From Callorhinchus milii (lineage: Eukaryota): a stretch of DNA of 64,000 nucleotides. This document shows, piece by piece, positions 40,936 through 53,965 of the stretch. Both the position numbers and the translations under genes were made by a program. The notes beneath the pieces are model-generated. The model saw only the letters and a program-made list of their open reading frames with translations, searched no databases and was not told the DNA's origin. Location: positions 104,038,001-104,102,000 of the forward strand of contig NW_024704743.1 in the NCBI RefSeq assembly GCF_018977255.1, in the 5' to 3' direction. How positions within the stretch are numbered: position 1 is the stretch's first letter; each line of letters begins with the position of its first letter.

Positions 40936-41587
40936 CAGGGTGGTCCAACCTTTTGGCTGCTGAGGGCAGGATGCCAGGTTTGATAAATATCTGTGGGCTG
41001 TATAAGCAATATTTTTGTGTTTCCCTCCCTCGGAAGGATGTCTCACAAAGTGCTGGTTGCTGCAGCTGGGCACCTGATCTAGGGGTGACAGTCGGGGTGA
41101 CAGCCAATGGAGGTGGGGTAGAGGGGAAAAGATGATTGAAAGCGCAGTCAAAGAGTTAGGTCTTGACGTGCCTTGAAAGTGGGGAGGGAAGCAGCGAGTT
41201 GGAGGGGCTCCAGAGAGCAGGGGCAAAATGGTGGTGATGGGGCAGATGGGGTGGTACATGAAGCAAGCTGGTGTTTGCTGGGCAAAGGGAATGGCTGGGT
41301 CAGGAGATCGCAGAGGTAGGATATGTGGGGGGATGGGTGAAGGCCATAGAGGAGTTTCTCACTGGAGAAAGAGGGAGCTTGCTGGCCAACCCGCTAATTT
41401 TCCGGCAAACCATCAGCTTACGGCAGCGGCAGGCGGTTGGGAGGACGCGGTTGATAAGGAGACCCGCTTGCCTTCCCCTCAGCTTGAGAGGGGCTTTTTG
41501 ATAGGCTGCAGTGCATTGAGCTTCATGAGGGGTAATAAAACTGACGTTGCTGCTGATGTCATTGCCAGGCCCAATTGGAACACCCTG
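40936..41587. mobile_element. hAT (Charlie-like) non-autonomous DNA transposon
   Basis: TIRs CAGGGTGGTCCAA / TTGGAACACCCTG; 8-bp flanks ATCTAATT / ATCTACAT. Confidence 0.75.
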
Positions 41588-41649
41588 ATCTACATATTAA
41601 ATCAGGTCTTATATTCTTCCAATAAAATATTTCAATTTGATTTCATCAG

Positions 41650-42027
41650 GATCATCAGTTAACAATGAAAATTAAAAAGCTGCCTGGAGTCCCTCTGCTG
41701 TACATCATACAGAACACAATAGTGCTGGAAAAGCCTTCTCCTAAGTCTATTGCACATATTCAAGCGCAGTACAGTAATCAGTTTGTTACTGCAACACAGA
41801 AAGTGAATATCCAGCAATTGAAAACAGAACAAGGTTTAGCAAAGGAACACGAATCTCGAAGCAGAAAACGGAAAAGAAAAGGTGGCCCGAATCCTCTCAG
41901 CTGTCTGAAAAAGAAAAAGATTCAAATCACAAAGGAAATGAGCAAAGAAAAGAAAAAACTAAGCAGATCAAGGAGGAGAAAGAAAGTAACTGCAAAAAGT
42001 GGAAGCCACAATGTAGAAGCACATTGA
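41650..42027 (+). CDS. UTP23: UTP23 exon 3 (terminal, basic tail)
   Basis: DHQLTMKIKKLPGVPLLYI...GPNPLSCLKKKK...TGA; joined CDS 741 nt = 246 aa + stop. Confidence 0.96.
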   Translation, partial: DHQLTMKIKKLPGVPLLYIIQNTIVLEKPSPKSIAHIQAQYSNQFVTATQKVNIQQLKTEQGLAKEHESRSRKRKRKGGPNPLSCLKKKKIQITKEMSKEKKKLSRSRRRKKVTAKSGSHNVEAH

Positions 42028-42147
42028 TATAAATTGTAGCACCAAAGTGATTACTTATGCATTTTTCGTATGGGACTTAAAAGTGAGATCAAACAATCTA
42101 AATTTAGATCTAGTATGTGTTGACTGTAGACACTGAGTTCCATTTTT

Positions 42148-42252
42148 CTGCCCACAAAATATACAGTCAATTCACTTTACAGTATATTCTAAACGATTTG
42201 AGACGTCTCGAAGACTTGATAAGGTGCTATATCAAATGCAATGATTATTATT
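42148..42252 (+). mobile_element. SINE 3' fragment in the probable UTP23 3'UTR
   Basis: CAGTCAATTCACTTTACAGTATATTCT...AAATGCAA tail. Confidence 0.75.
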
Positions 42253-42347
42253 GTTTTTCTGAATTTATGATCAAACTTATCTGAAGCGATTTAGGAAAAA
42301 CAGCCACTTTTCATCACCAATTCAATGATTTTGATAACCCAAAAATC

Positions 42348-42353
42348 AATAAA
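42348..42353 (+). terminator. Probable UTP23 polyadenylation signal
   Basis: AATAAA ~320 nt after the stop, followed by a T-rich tract. Confidence 0.55.
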
Positions 42354-42547
42354 ACAGAATTTCTTTTAACTTTGTCAATTTAGTTTTCCTTTATTATTAA
42401 AGATGAAAAGATCCATTCATCAGACATTTCTGCTTTTTCTAAATATTTCACCATATCGTATAAAATGTTGTGACTAATTCTATTTTATCAGCAGTAAGGC
42501 GCTGGACAGTCAGAGATTTGGACCCGAGCAGGGCCTAGGTAGAGTAC

Positions 42548-43300
42548 AATACAAAATTACATCTGTAATTCACCTTGATGGCAGTCAAAGCGCTCAACAG
42601 TCGGGGATTAAGAACCAAGCTGGGAGTGGGATCAGGGAGGGTAGAGGGCGGAGAGGGTCAGAGGGTGGCAGAAGCACGGTCAGAGGAGGATCTTGAGGCA
42701 TGCCTTGGAGACAAGGGAGGAAGTAAGGCAACAGGAATGTGGGATGGAATTCCAGAGAGTGGGGGCAGAGAGACTGAAGTCCTGACCGCAGATGGTGGGG
42801 TGGGCCGGGAAGGGAGCATGGAGCAGGCCAGAGCCTGCTGAGCTGGATGTAATGAAAGCATGTATCGGTTTCAGTAGCCTGAGGGATGAGGCAGTGGCGG
42901 AGTCAGGCATCGTTGTGGAGGTAGGGGAAGGCTAAGCGGGTCATGGTACAGATGTGGGAGAGAAAGGACAGTCGTGGGCCGAACAAGACGCCTAAGTTAC
43001 TGACTGACAGTGAGGTGGAGTGTGCATCCATGGATGCTGATGCTGCCAGTCCTGAGGTGAAGATTGGAATGATGGTAAGGTGCTTGAAGGAGGGGAAGGA
43101 GTAAGGCGATAGAGGAAATGGGGACCTGGAGATGAGGGCCACACCACTGCCATGGTTGTTAGGACGTGGGGTATGGTGGAAGGTATAGCCAGGTGGTGTG
43201 GCCTCAATCGGGAATGTGTCGCCTGGGGCGATCCAGGGTTCAGTGAGGGCCAGGATATCAATGTTCTCGTCAACAATGTTGTTTATGGCGAGTCTTATTA
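42548..43300 (-). mobile_element. Internally deleted L2 (APE N-terminus joined to 3' end)
   Basis: ORF 42903..43376 runs from IVDENIDILALTEPW...GSGVALISR straight into NLGVLF...FLSHI. Confidence 0.75.
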
Positions 43301-45046
43301 GAAAGGAGTAGGGGTAAATCAGTAGTAGAGTTAAATCGGGAAGAGTGATGTTTCTGTCTTGCAAACAGTAGAGCACAGAATTGGAGATGTTAAGATGCAG
43401 GCAGAGGACAGTCCAAAAATTTGAAGATCAGGATATTTAAGTTGATCTCCTGGGGTAATGGGAGCCTGGCAAGAGTAGGACTAATGGATTTGTGGAGTTT
43501 TGCCTGGAAAATACAGGATTTGGGATGAATTGGAACAAGTGGAGGACAGAACGAGGGAAACTGGTGATAAGTTAAATGATCTAATCACAAGTTGACAAAA
43601 GACATGGATGTGGATTTTAGCTGTAAACGTGATATAATCACGAACAGACAATGCCTAGTCTGACTCCTAGCTGCTTTTTAATGGGCTTGTGGGGTCAGAA
43701 ATTCACATTCTGGGATTCCTACTCCCTATCACTATCCAGCAACCCATTTACTGATAGTGCACATGTAAGATGTTGGATACAAAATAACATTTGTAAAGCG
43801 TCTTTCATGTCGGGAGGACCTCCATCGGTTCTGGAACAGTCAGGGATTAGGACCCGAGCATGGGTGTGGGGGTAAACTCCACTTGGTCACGCAAGGAGTT
43901 AGATGAGGCAGTTTGCTCATAACCCTATCACATCTACAGCTGAAATCCATATCCATGTCTTTGTCACCTTGTTAGATGATGTAAGTCCTCACCAGCTTCC
44001 CTCACTCCATCCTCCACTTGCTCCAATTCATCCCAAATCCTGTATGGTATAACAATTAATTGCATTTATATAGTCAGTATAAAGATGAATGGGCTCAGTT
44101 GTGGATGTTCCTGCAATTGGTAGCCTCCCACCAATCAGCAGTCACAGATAAAAACATGGTCACTTGGACAAGATACCAGAGTGCCTAATGCATTCAAAAA
44201 CGGTAGCCAGCATTGTATCAAAACCTCCATGACTGGTGGGTATAGGGGAAATCGAAAAGTCATGTACAGTACTTTCAATAGAGCAGTTCAGGAAGATGTT
44301 CAGCTGTACATTTGTCCAAATAGTGGAGTACAAAATGTAAAGTAGTCTAGTATATTCTTACAGCGATGACCTAATTGTGCAGGAAGGAATACAAGCGACT
44401 CAGAAGTTTTCCAGAAAATCAATTTAAGGAAAGGAGAAATGTGGCTGATCCAGTTTGGCAATTTTTTTCAGCCTGCATTCAACACATCTGGCTATTGCAA
44501 TTAGAAATCACACTTTTGTGCAGACTGTTACAGCATTTACTGTACTTTATAGTGGTGTCTAAAAGTTACTCATATTTAGAATCATGTGCTCTGGTTCACA
44601 ATGTACAATATAAAATCATTCACCCTATTGTTTCCTTCTACATGATTCACCTCTCACTCTCAACAGATGCTGGATATCTGTTTCCAGGATATCACTGGTG
44701 CTGACCACAAGAGTATCATATAGCAGCCCAAGACCATTGGCCCGCGGATCTCCTTTTCTTGCTATGCAAGAACATTTAGCCTCTGCTCTACATCTTCTCC
44801 AACACCTGATCTGCAGCAACATAGATGAGATCTGAGAAAACAATGAGAAAGGAACCCACATTCGACATGTATAGTACAGCATAGTAAACTCTAATGAACA
44901 ATGTCATTGTTTAAAAAATCTGGTTCACGTATACTCCCACAACCTATCTACACAATAGAAATTCAGTATAAAGGGAGGGATAACATACAATTATATGCAC
45001 TCAATAATAGTTTGTATTGGCATCAACACAATACTGTAACAAGTAT

Positions 45047-45052
45047 TTTATT
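45047..45052 (-). terminator. Candidate RAD21 polyA signal
   Basis: TTTATT on + (AATAAA on -) ~900 nt past the stop; the UTR may extend further towards ~44060. Confidence 0.4.
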
Positions 45053-45958
45053 AGAAAAGTTATACATAACAGCATGAACTATCACTGTTCAGCAACATTT
45101 AGTGATGAACTAATTAAGCAACAAACTAGAAACTCAGTAGGATAAGCAAAACGCTGATCAAAATGAAAGCTTTCATCTTTTCCATAATTAAACATACATT
45201 CAAAATTATCTACACATTTTATACAAAGAGGGGAAGATAGGTTCACAGGCACATCATATTTTTAAAAAACTGCATTGTAACACTCTTTTAAAGCATCCTA
45301 TTATGAATATAATGTATTTAAAATTAATTGAACATTTCAAATGACCTTAGCTGTAATTTAAAGTTTGTAATTCCAGTGAAGAATGGAAAGGTGCTGGTAG
45401 ACTGCTTTCTCAGTGATGTCTTTATAATATAGATGAACCAGCACACCATCACATAAGTTACATTTAAGTGCAAGTGTAGAATACAAGCTTCTCTATAGTA
45501 TTGCGCTGCAGATGTTATGAATTTTATCCAGTGACATCTTAGACTGAAAGTGTCAACCAGCAGCATTGGTGTTACACATGATATCTGAACAATGGAATCA
45601 ATAAAGCCATGATCGTCATGTTTGCAGATATTTATTTAATATTTGAAACTTGATGTAGTTTTGCAAACATAATTTTAGTATAAAACCAGTCAGGGAGTGC
45701 AAGTTTTTAACCATAATCACTGGAATACCACCCCCCAAATAAGTCGATTGGAAAGTTTTCTGTGTCCAAAATAATTCTTAAAAGAGAAGAAAAGTCTAGC
45801 AGAGAATCTAAACAGGAAGGGCTCCTCCAGACTTTCCTTCACCTTTAACGTAATATTACATAAAAAACACCCTATCAAAGTATTGTAATGGTCTCATATC
45901 CCCATATGGGGCAATGCACATCTAGTGAGTGCACACTCGCCGTTTAAAATCAAACAAA

Positions 45959-46150
45959 TCAGACAATACTGAATCTTGGTCCAGGCGTTGCAATGATGTC
46001 ACTATAAGGCTCAGCCTGTGAAAGCTCGATTGCCTGCTGCTTTTTAAGTACCAAGAAACTGTAGAATTTTGCTGCTGCTTGTTTTCGATTGTTCCTCCGA
46101 CACAATTCAGCCAGGCTGATAGATTCAGCTCCCGTTTTGACCAATACCCT
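45959..46150 (-). CDS. RAD21: RAD21 terminal coding exon (C-terminal winged helix)
   Basis: [63 protein letters not shown]; total CDS 1902 nt = 633 aa + stop. Confidence 0.97.
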   Translation of the reverse strand, partial: RVLVKTGAESISLAELCRRNNRKQAAAKFYSFLVLKKQQAIELSQAEPYSDIIATPGPRFSIV

Positions 46151-46401
46151 CTGAAATAAAAATGTGCATTATAATTGACATTGCTACATTTTCTAATCCA
46201 TCATTTAAAATAACTTGCAATCAAAATAGTCGACTGCATTTTCTAAGATGAGGGAAAAAGCATTCTGAAACGGTTTGTGTAAAATTGTGCAGCAAATAGT
46301 TGCTGTTCATAAGTACTCAATTGACAATGTATATTTAGTACAAAGTCATACCGAATAAAAACTTTAAACCGCTAATTTTTTGTTTACCACTAATATTGGT
46401 A

Positions 46402-46652
46402 AACAAAACACAAAATACTGCAGATGATGGAAATCTGAAACAAAAACAGAAGTCATTGGGAACACTCAGCAGGTCAGGCAGCATCTTTGGAGAAAGGAAA
46501 GTGAGTCAAAGTTTCGGGTTCACGACCCTTCGTCAGAACTTGAACTTGTGTTCTGAAGAAGGGTCGTGGGCCCGAAACATTGACTCACTTTCCTTTCTCC
46601 ATAGATGCTGCCTGACCTGCTGAGTGTTCCCAGCGACTTCTGTTTTTGTTTA
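46402..46652. mobile_element. Palindromic Penelope-type insertion with hammerhead motifs
   Basis: ~100-bp inverted arms; 10-bp TSD AATATTGGTA; CTGANGA...GAAA core in each arm. Confidence 0.8.
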
Positions 46653-46727
46653 AATATTGGTAGGTTCATTTGGGGAAAAAAAAAACTCAAAACCAAAGGG
46701 GTTTCAAGCAAGCATTCTTTAAGACTG

Positions 46728-46930
46728 CATTATAATAATTATAATAAATCCTTGCATTTGATATAGCACCTCATCACGTCTTTGAGACGTCTCAAAGTGC
46801 TTCACAGAATATACTGTAAAGTGAATTGACTGTATATTTTGTGGGCAAAACATGGCAGCCAATTGGGCAAAGCAGTACCCAAAACAGTCATGGATTGAGA
46901 GACCACATTTTTTTNAGGGAATTATTACCA
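46728..46930 (-). mobile_element. SINE 3' half
   Basis: Core plus tail. Confidence 0.8.
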
Positions 46931-47084
46931 CACTGAAGGGGTGGGGTTAGGGTAGCTTTCACTCCGAACAGCTCTGATCCTAGCCTGGACAGCACTGAAA
47001 CGGTGGTGGGGTGGAGGGTGTTAGAATTGGTTTACAATTGGCCTTAATGTTGAAATTTGTGGGATAAAAAGGGAGGGGGAAGAT

Positions 47085-47260
47085 ATAAGAACATAAGAAT
47101 TAGAAGCAGGAGTAGGCCATTCGGCCTCTCTAGCCTGCCCCGCCATTCAGTAAGATCATGGCTGATCTATTTAACTCCATCTACCCGCTTTATCCCCATA
47201 TCTCTTAATCCCTTTATCCACAAGAAATCTATCAATCTCAGTTTTGAATATGTTCAAAAC
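47085..47260 (-). mobile_element. CR1 LINE 3' end fragment
   Basis: ATAAGAACATAAGAA...AGGAGTAGGCCATTCGGCC...GATCATGGCTGATCT, typical of a CR1 3' end in reverse. Confidence 0.7.
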
Positions 47261-47677
47261 AGGGACAACTCAAAGGCACATTTAACTGCTGTACACAGCT
47301 ACAATGACAGCGTGCTCTACAGATGGCTTCCGTTGAGCATTTAGATGTGAGTAATAATAGTAATCCTTGCATTTGATATAGTGCCTTATCACATAAATCC
47401 CTTTGCCTTTTTATTTGTGCTCTGCACCTGCAAACTAGCTTTAGTAACTTCTACTCTTTGTTCATTTATCCCAGAGTATGATTTTGCTATATAATAATAA
47501 TCCTTGTATTCCGTAGAGTGCCTTATTACATTGATCAAACATCTCAAAGTGCTACTTAAGTATCTACACATGCCTCTACTTTTTCTAAATGGGTTAACTC
47601 AGGAATCTCAGGCCCCCATGATCTAAACGTAACAACATCAAAGTAGAGCATTTCTATAAAATATCCTTAAAGCAGAC

Positions 47678-47920
47678 AAGGTTAAGGGGAGATTTAATAG
47701 AAGTGTTCAAAATTATGGAGGGTTTTGACAGAGTAGATTGGGAGAAACTGTTTCCACTGGCAGCTAGGTCGGTCACTTAGATTCAAGAAATTGGCAAAAT
47801 AACTCGAGGGGAGATAAGGTGAATTTTTTTTTAAACATACAGAGTTGTTACAGTTTGGAATGCACTCCCTGAAAGGGTGGTAGAAACAGATTCAACAACA
47901 ACTTTCAAAAGGGAATTGGT
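47678..47920 (+). mobile_element. CR1 ORF2 C-terminal fragment
   Basis: Encodes RLRGDLIEVFKIMEGFDRVD; RVVTVWNALP. Confidence 0.75.
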
Positions 47921-47975
47921 TATATAATTATTATGAATTATAATTCATAACCACAGTGTATAGCAACAAATGTTA

Positions 47976-48107
<132 letters not shown>

Positions 48108-49859
48108 CTAAAAGGTAGGATCAGAAATTGTTGTACATTGATGTAAATATGGAATGAGAAGAGGCCATTCAACCGATGTAACCCCATAACAAATGAATGT
48201 AAACCAATGACAAACAATACCAAGTCTAATAATGTCCTAATTGTTCAAGAAAACAACATAGCAAATAAGACAATAACAATAATAAGGAAAAATCATTCAG
48301 CCCATCAAACTTGTAGATGATGAATCGGTCTCATAGGAACAAAAATATTTTATTCAGCCCCTCAACCCTATTCTATTTTATCAGATTATGGCAGATTTTT
48401 CAATCCTAAAAATCCCATTTTTGCACATTTCATTCACAACACATTTTGCATGCCTGCATCTATCTACGCAGCCATTTATGCACTCATTCAACCATTTCCT
48501 TTTAAGAATCCAAACTATTCTGCAACAACAAATTTACATTTATAGTGCTTTTCAAGTCAGGAGTACATCCCAAGTCAGTCCTGGCTAGCAGCTGAGCTGG
48601 ATGCTTTCTGTAGCCTTTGCCCCTTTAAATAACCAAAGGATTTCAAAATATTTTTAAAACATTTCTCATCAATTCCTAAAGATTCCTAAGGAATCCAACA
48701 TTTATCTTTCACTAACTGCTAACAGATGATACTTACAGGGCCGTACGTGCCTTCGTCCATCCTCCTGATGCCAAAGGTGCTATTTAAATGTACATTTGTG
48801 CAGTAGTGTACCAGAGAATTAATTAGTCCCTTTGCAGTTGGTAGGTCCAAAAAAATGCCATTCTCCTTTGGACTACCAATTTTTAAAAAAATATTCAGAT
48901 ATAATGCTAAAACAAAGATTGAAAAAATGGACAATCCAAAATCCAAATATTAATTTTATACAACTAAACATAAAAAATTAAAACTAAATGCAACTTCTCG
49001 TTGGATTTTCCCTGTCTCATTCTTCAATTTTTAGTTTTATTTAAGTTTCAGCACCAAATATTGGAGCGTTAATAGCAGGAAAATCAGTTTTCTGCAGTTC
49101 AAGCAGTTAAATCTGGAACTGGAACCTCCCCCAAAATGCTGTGCTTGCTGGATCCATTTATATTTTCAAGATGGGAGGTAGATAAATATTTGTTAGGTCA
49201 GAGTATTAAGGGATATGTGGCAAGGGTGGGTAACTAGAGTTGAGGTACAGATTAGCCATAATTGAACAGGATCGAGGGGCTGAACAGCCTACTCATTTCT
49301 ATGTCTACATCTATGTAAATTATGCTCACAAAACTACAAAATTAATAAAATTAATTCTCTGGTTCTGGGCATTTCTCAAATTCCTTACAGTACAGAAGTG
49401 TAATACATGATAACATGAAAGAAAATATGTACCTATTTTGAAAATTTAATAGAAATCTCAGTATGTTTGATAATAATATTCCTCCACAAATATTTATTAG
49501 CCCCACCATAACTCAGGTCCCAGATTTGATCATTGGTCTCTGCTGATTGGATACACTAGAATTGGACGCAGCATTCTTTGGTTTAAAGGGGATTAAATTA
49601 TTCATGCTTGCGTTAATTTTCCCACTGTGTGTGTGTGTGTATTTAAGAAAGAGAAAACAGGGCTCAACTATGATATGGTCCAGTGTTCAAGATTCACCTT
49701 TGTCCATGCTCACTTTGAAAGAATGGACACTTGATAAAAGTGACCATATAGTTGCCACTCCCCATTGAATCGAAAAATCATACCCCAGTGAGAGACCAGG
49801 AGAGTTAGAGTAAGTGGAGAAACAGAAAATAAAGCCTTTAAAAAGTAGGTTCCCTTCAC

Positions 49860-49988
49860 CTCTTCTTCCTCTTCATCCTTTTCCTTTCCCTTCTCTGGCA
49901 GAAGTGCTAGTTCTGGGACAAGATCAGTAATGTGCTGTTGCTCCTCTGGAGGAAGTTCCACTGGAGGAATCTGCTGATCCTGTTCTTC

Positions 49989-50018
<30 letters not shown>
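49860..50018 (-). CDS. RAD21: RAD21 coding exon 11 (5' boundary ambiguous within a CAG run)
   Basis: Q10[49 protein letters not shown] donor. Confidence 0.9.
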
Positions 50019-50020
<2 letters not shown>

Positions 50021-50345
50021 AATGGAACGCAAGCACAAAAGTAGTTGCAAAGCATCCAACATTAGTCTAATTGAAACTTCAATTTAACAAACTTTTAAAG
50101 CAATATATTAAAAAAATCAACCATGAAATGAATGACCTTAACTAAATTAAATATTTTTGTGGAAAAGGATAAGTGAGGTTCAGCGAGCAATGTCGATGGT
50201 CTCGAAATGTATTCTAAAATGAAGTTTTAAGATCAAATGTGTTATTAACTTGATGTATGTTTTGTCAAATGTAGACATTTTGCACTCTGACAGTTTGCTT
50301 AGGTGGAAAATACACTGAGTCAATCAATTTACTAGTTAATAACTA

Positions 50346-50769
50346 CAGTCAAACCTGTTTTCAGCAACCACTCAGGGGTCTGGACCAAAATGGCTTTGTG
50401 TAAAGTGGCCCCCGAGTAAGGGTTCAATAGTTCATCGACCGGGCCTCAGATTGATTTTAAAAATTCCCGCGGGTCCAAACTTTCCAGACCCATGTATAGA
50501 CTCCAGCGGAACTCCTAACGCAATTATCTATGCTGCCTCACCAGTAAGGTGGGAAGCTGTGGGCATCAAAGTGAGCTGCTCAGTGCAGCTTTGGTAAATA
50601 CACTAGGAGTTGAGCAGGAGTCTACACGAAGGCCCACAGAAATTGGTAAGTGCACTTAAATTCACTTAGAACTGGCTGATGAAAAGGGCGTCTATAAACT
50701 GACATGAGGCCACTGGTTGTTAGTCAGATGGTTACTGAATAGAGGTGGTTGCTTCAACAGGACTGACTG
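50346..50769. mobile_element. Tc1/mariner-pogo (Tigger-like) MITE
   Basis: TA|CAGTCAAACCTGTTTTCAGCAACCAC ... GTGGTTGCTTCAACAGGACTGACTG|CA imperfect TIRs. Confidence 0.7.
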
Positions 50770-51047
50770 CATGTGAGCACCTTAAATATCTAGGAAAATA
50801 ACCAGAGTGTTCAAAGTATTTATGTATAGATTATTCCGATTTTGGATTGTTTTAAAACATTCAGAATGTTGTTTTCAAATGTTTTAAACATTTTAAAGTT
50901 TGTTTATTTTTCTACCAGAAGTACCTACCATTCGAACTGTAAATTTTAAAAAAACTCCCAAACTACCTAAATCCTGCCTAAATTTAAATAGTCTAACATT
51001 GCACTTGCTAAATTTGATTTGTACAAATATTAAATCTGAACACTTAC

Positions 51048-51193
51048 AGGTACTGCAGGCTCCTGCTCCATTTCCTTGGATTTACGTTTGGATACTCTCT
51101 GGGGTGGTGGCATAATGGACTCATCCACTGCTGTCCTACTGCTCTCTAACATGGATTCCTGCAGGCGGCTGGGCTCTTCCAAGATTGGTTCAT
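51048..51193 (-). CDS. RAD21: RAD21 coding exon 10
   Basis: [53 protein letters not shown]; 146 nt; frame consistent. Confidence 0.93.
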
Positions 51194-52290
51194 CTAAATT
51201 TTAAAAACAAACCATGAATATTTTGTATCCGTCAATATATTGTTTATTTCACTGAAGTTCAATTTTATAGGAAGGTTCAGATTATTTCGTTTACAGGGGC
51301 TCCTTCAAATGGAAACATCAACCTGCAGATGCCCAAAATGGTACCAGGAAAAATAACACAAGGAGTCCATTGTATGACATCAATGTCCCTTGATCATTGC
51401 TTTCTGAACTCCGACACAAGCCATAGACTTGGGCAATTTAAAGAATGTGTCCTACCTCAATGCCCTAGAATAGCAAAAGCTTATTGGATGTGATATTTTC
51501 CCCACATCTCCAACAGAAAAATGCTTTTAATACCTTCACAGTTGGGGCACTGTCCAACAACAGACTTCACGCTTGCAGGGCAGATATCGCAACACGTATG
51601 TAAAGACGCCTCTACTGAAAATGGAGCGGAGGAGTATATACATTCAACATATTTGGACTCCAAGCAACAATTATTCCAGAGTCTCACTGGACTCACTTTT
51701 CTGCTCTTTGATGTATCAGCATCTCCATAAGTAATCTAGTCATAATTAGGCAATAATCCCAAGGAATTCAAACATGAAACATGCCATCATTCTAAAGAGA
51801 TTTTAAATAATGGTAGAAAAGATTCAGGAATGTATAGTACATTTTTTGAATGGCAATTTTTTAAAAACATTTCTGAAAAGAATGTAGCAAATGAAGTGAC
51901 TTTTTGATTTTGTAAGTAAATGTTACGACGTGGAATTAGCTATGGGAAGTAACCCAAATCTTAGGGATAGTCATATTAAAAGAAAGTAAACAGAAAAGGG
52001 TCTCTCCAGAACATTGTAGAATTCAACAAGTGCTGTTCAAAGTCACTCTTCATTCAGTACTGAAAAATAATTTGGTACGACAGAAAGCTTTGCAGTCAGA
52101 TGAGTCAAATTGCATTCAGAAATATGGATCAATTGGAGATGAGATGGGCCAAAATATGCAATCCTTTTTTGGTGTGGACGATATTCTAAAATTGATTCAT
52201 CGCTGGTTGCAGGATAAAACCATGTGTGGTATATCATCCATGTATCTGCATGCTGACTATCTGGGTCATAAAGAAAAATAAGACTCATAC

Positions 52291-52450
52291 CAATAATGTC
52301 ACGCTGTTGCTGCTGTGGCAGCTCCTCTGCCCTTGGTACTTCTGGATTTTCAATTTCTTTCAGGAATTGATCCAGGTTGTCAGCTTCACCTCCCTTTCTC
52401 TTCTTTCTTAGCTCATCTGGGACAATTGGAGTGAGGCAGCGGGTGAACAG
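52291..52450 (-). CDS. RAD21: RAD21 coding exon 9
   Basis: [57 protein letters not shown]; 160 nt. Confidence 0.95.
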
Positions 52451-53219
52451 CTACACAGAAAAATAAGTGTTACCGCCAACATTGATTTCAATTGTGATTC
52501 AGGTACAAATATTCACGGAGAAAACATTCACACGAATCAAGAATTAAAAACAAATGTCACTAGTGAACAAACATCCACAGGAACTTCACACTGGACTTCA
52601 AATTTTAATTTTAAAAAAGTCCCTCTTATGGATCTGAGCTCTTGGTGATGCAGTGGACAGGTGTCTTCTGAAAATCGGCACATTTGCAAAGTCTAGGATG
52701 AAGCAGTGAAGGGGGAGAAGAGTAACCTGGAGGCAGAGTAGGCTTCACAGTGGCTTGTCAGTCTGTTGCCAAAGACCCTCTCGTGTGAACCTGGATTGAA
52801 CAGTTGGTGTCGAGTCACCCCGGATTGCACCAATGGACTTTGAGGGCATCAAACTGCTCAAACTGGTAGGGTGGTCCTAGCTGGACAGGCAACAGGAAAG
52901 CTTGCCAGACAGTGCCTTGAATGGCAAGCTATGAGGTTTTAATTGGTTTGACTCCAGCTGTACCCCAACACATAACCTCAGCCATGGCTCTTTCCCACCT
53001 GTACTTAATACTCTTTAGAATTAGGTAAGCAGCACCCAATCAATATCTTTGGAATTTCCATGTATGGATGGGATGCATAGAACTTCATTTGGTATGGAAA
53101 CTCTTAAGCATGGTGATGGGTTTCTGCATGTCAGACACCTGGCTGACATTTTATTTAAAATAAACTGTCTTATGTACAGTGCTGTTAACTGTGCTCATTA
53201 TGAATTCTTTACTCCATTA

Positions 53220-53510
<291 letters not shown>

Positions 53511-53842
53511 TCATCCCAAGATTTTAATAAATAAAATAATCCTATCAAATAGGTAAAGAACAACAAAACTCCACAGTTGACTTTTTATTGCAAAGATATT
53601 GTAATATCATTTCTGGTTCAATTAACACGACAATGAACGTATCAATTAACACTGTTTAGATATTCACCAATTATAAATATCAAAATCTAAGAGATCATAA
53701 CTGATTTTTAATATTTGCTGTTTTAACCATTCACCAAGACAACTAAAGTTGCATTTTTATTACTCAATCTTATTTTTAGATATCACTTCACCAATATGGT
53801 CATACCCAATCACAGCTGCTGACAATAAGGTTGAAAACTTAC

Positions 53843-53965
53843 CAGTTATATCAATTGGTTCCAAAGCAAATGCTTCCTCTTCGTTTGGTACCAACGTTGT
53901 CTGATCAGTCATCGTTGGCATTTGTTCAACTGGATCTTCGGAGTCTGGACTGCCAGGTCCACCCA
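53843..53965 (-). CDS. RAD21: RAD21 coding exon 7
   Basis: [44 protein letters not shown]; 123 nt. Confidence 0.96.

Noticed and set aside
46915..46915. Single N base
   Set aside because: Assembly ambiguity, not biological.
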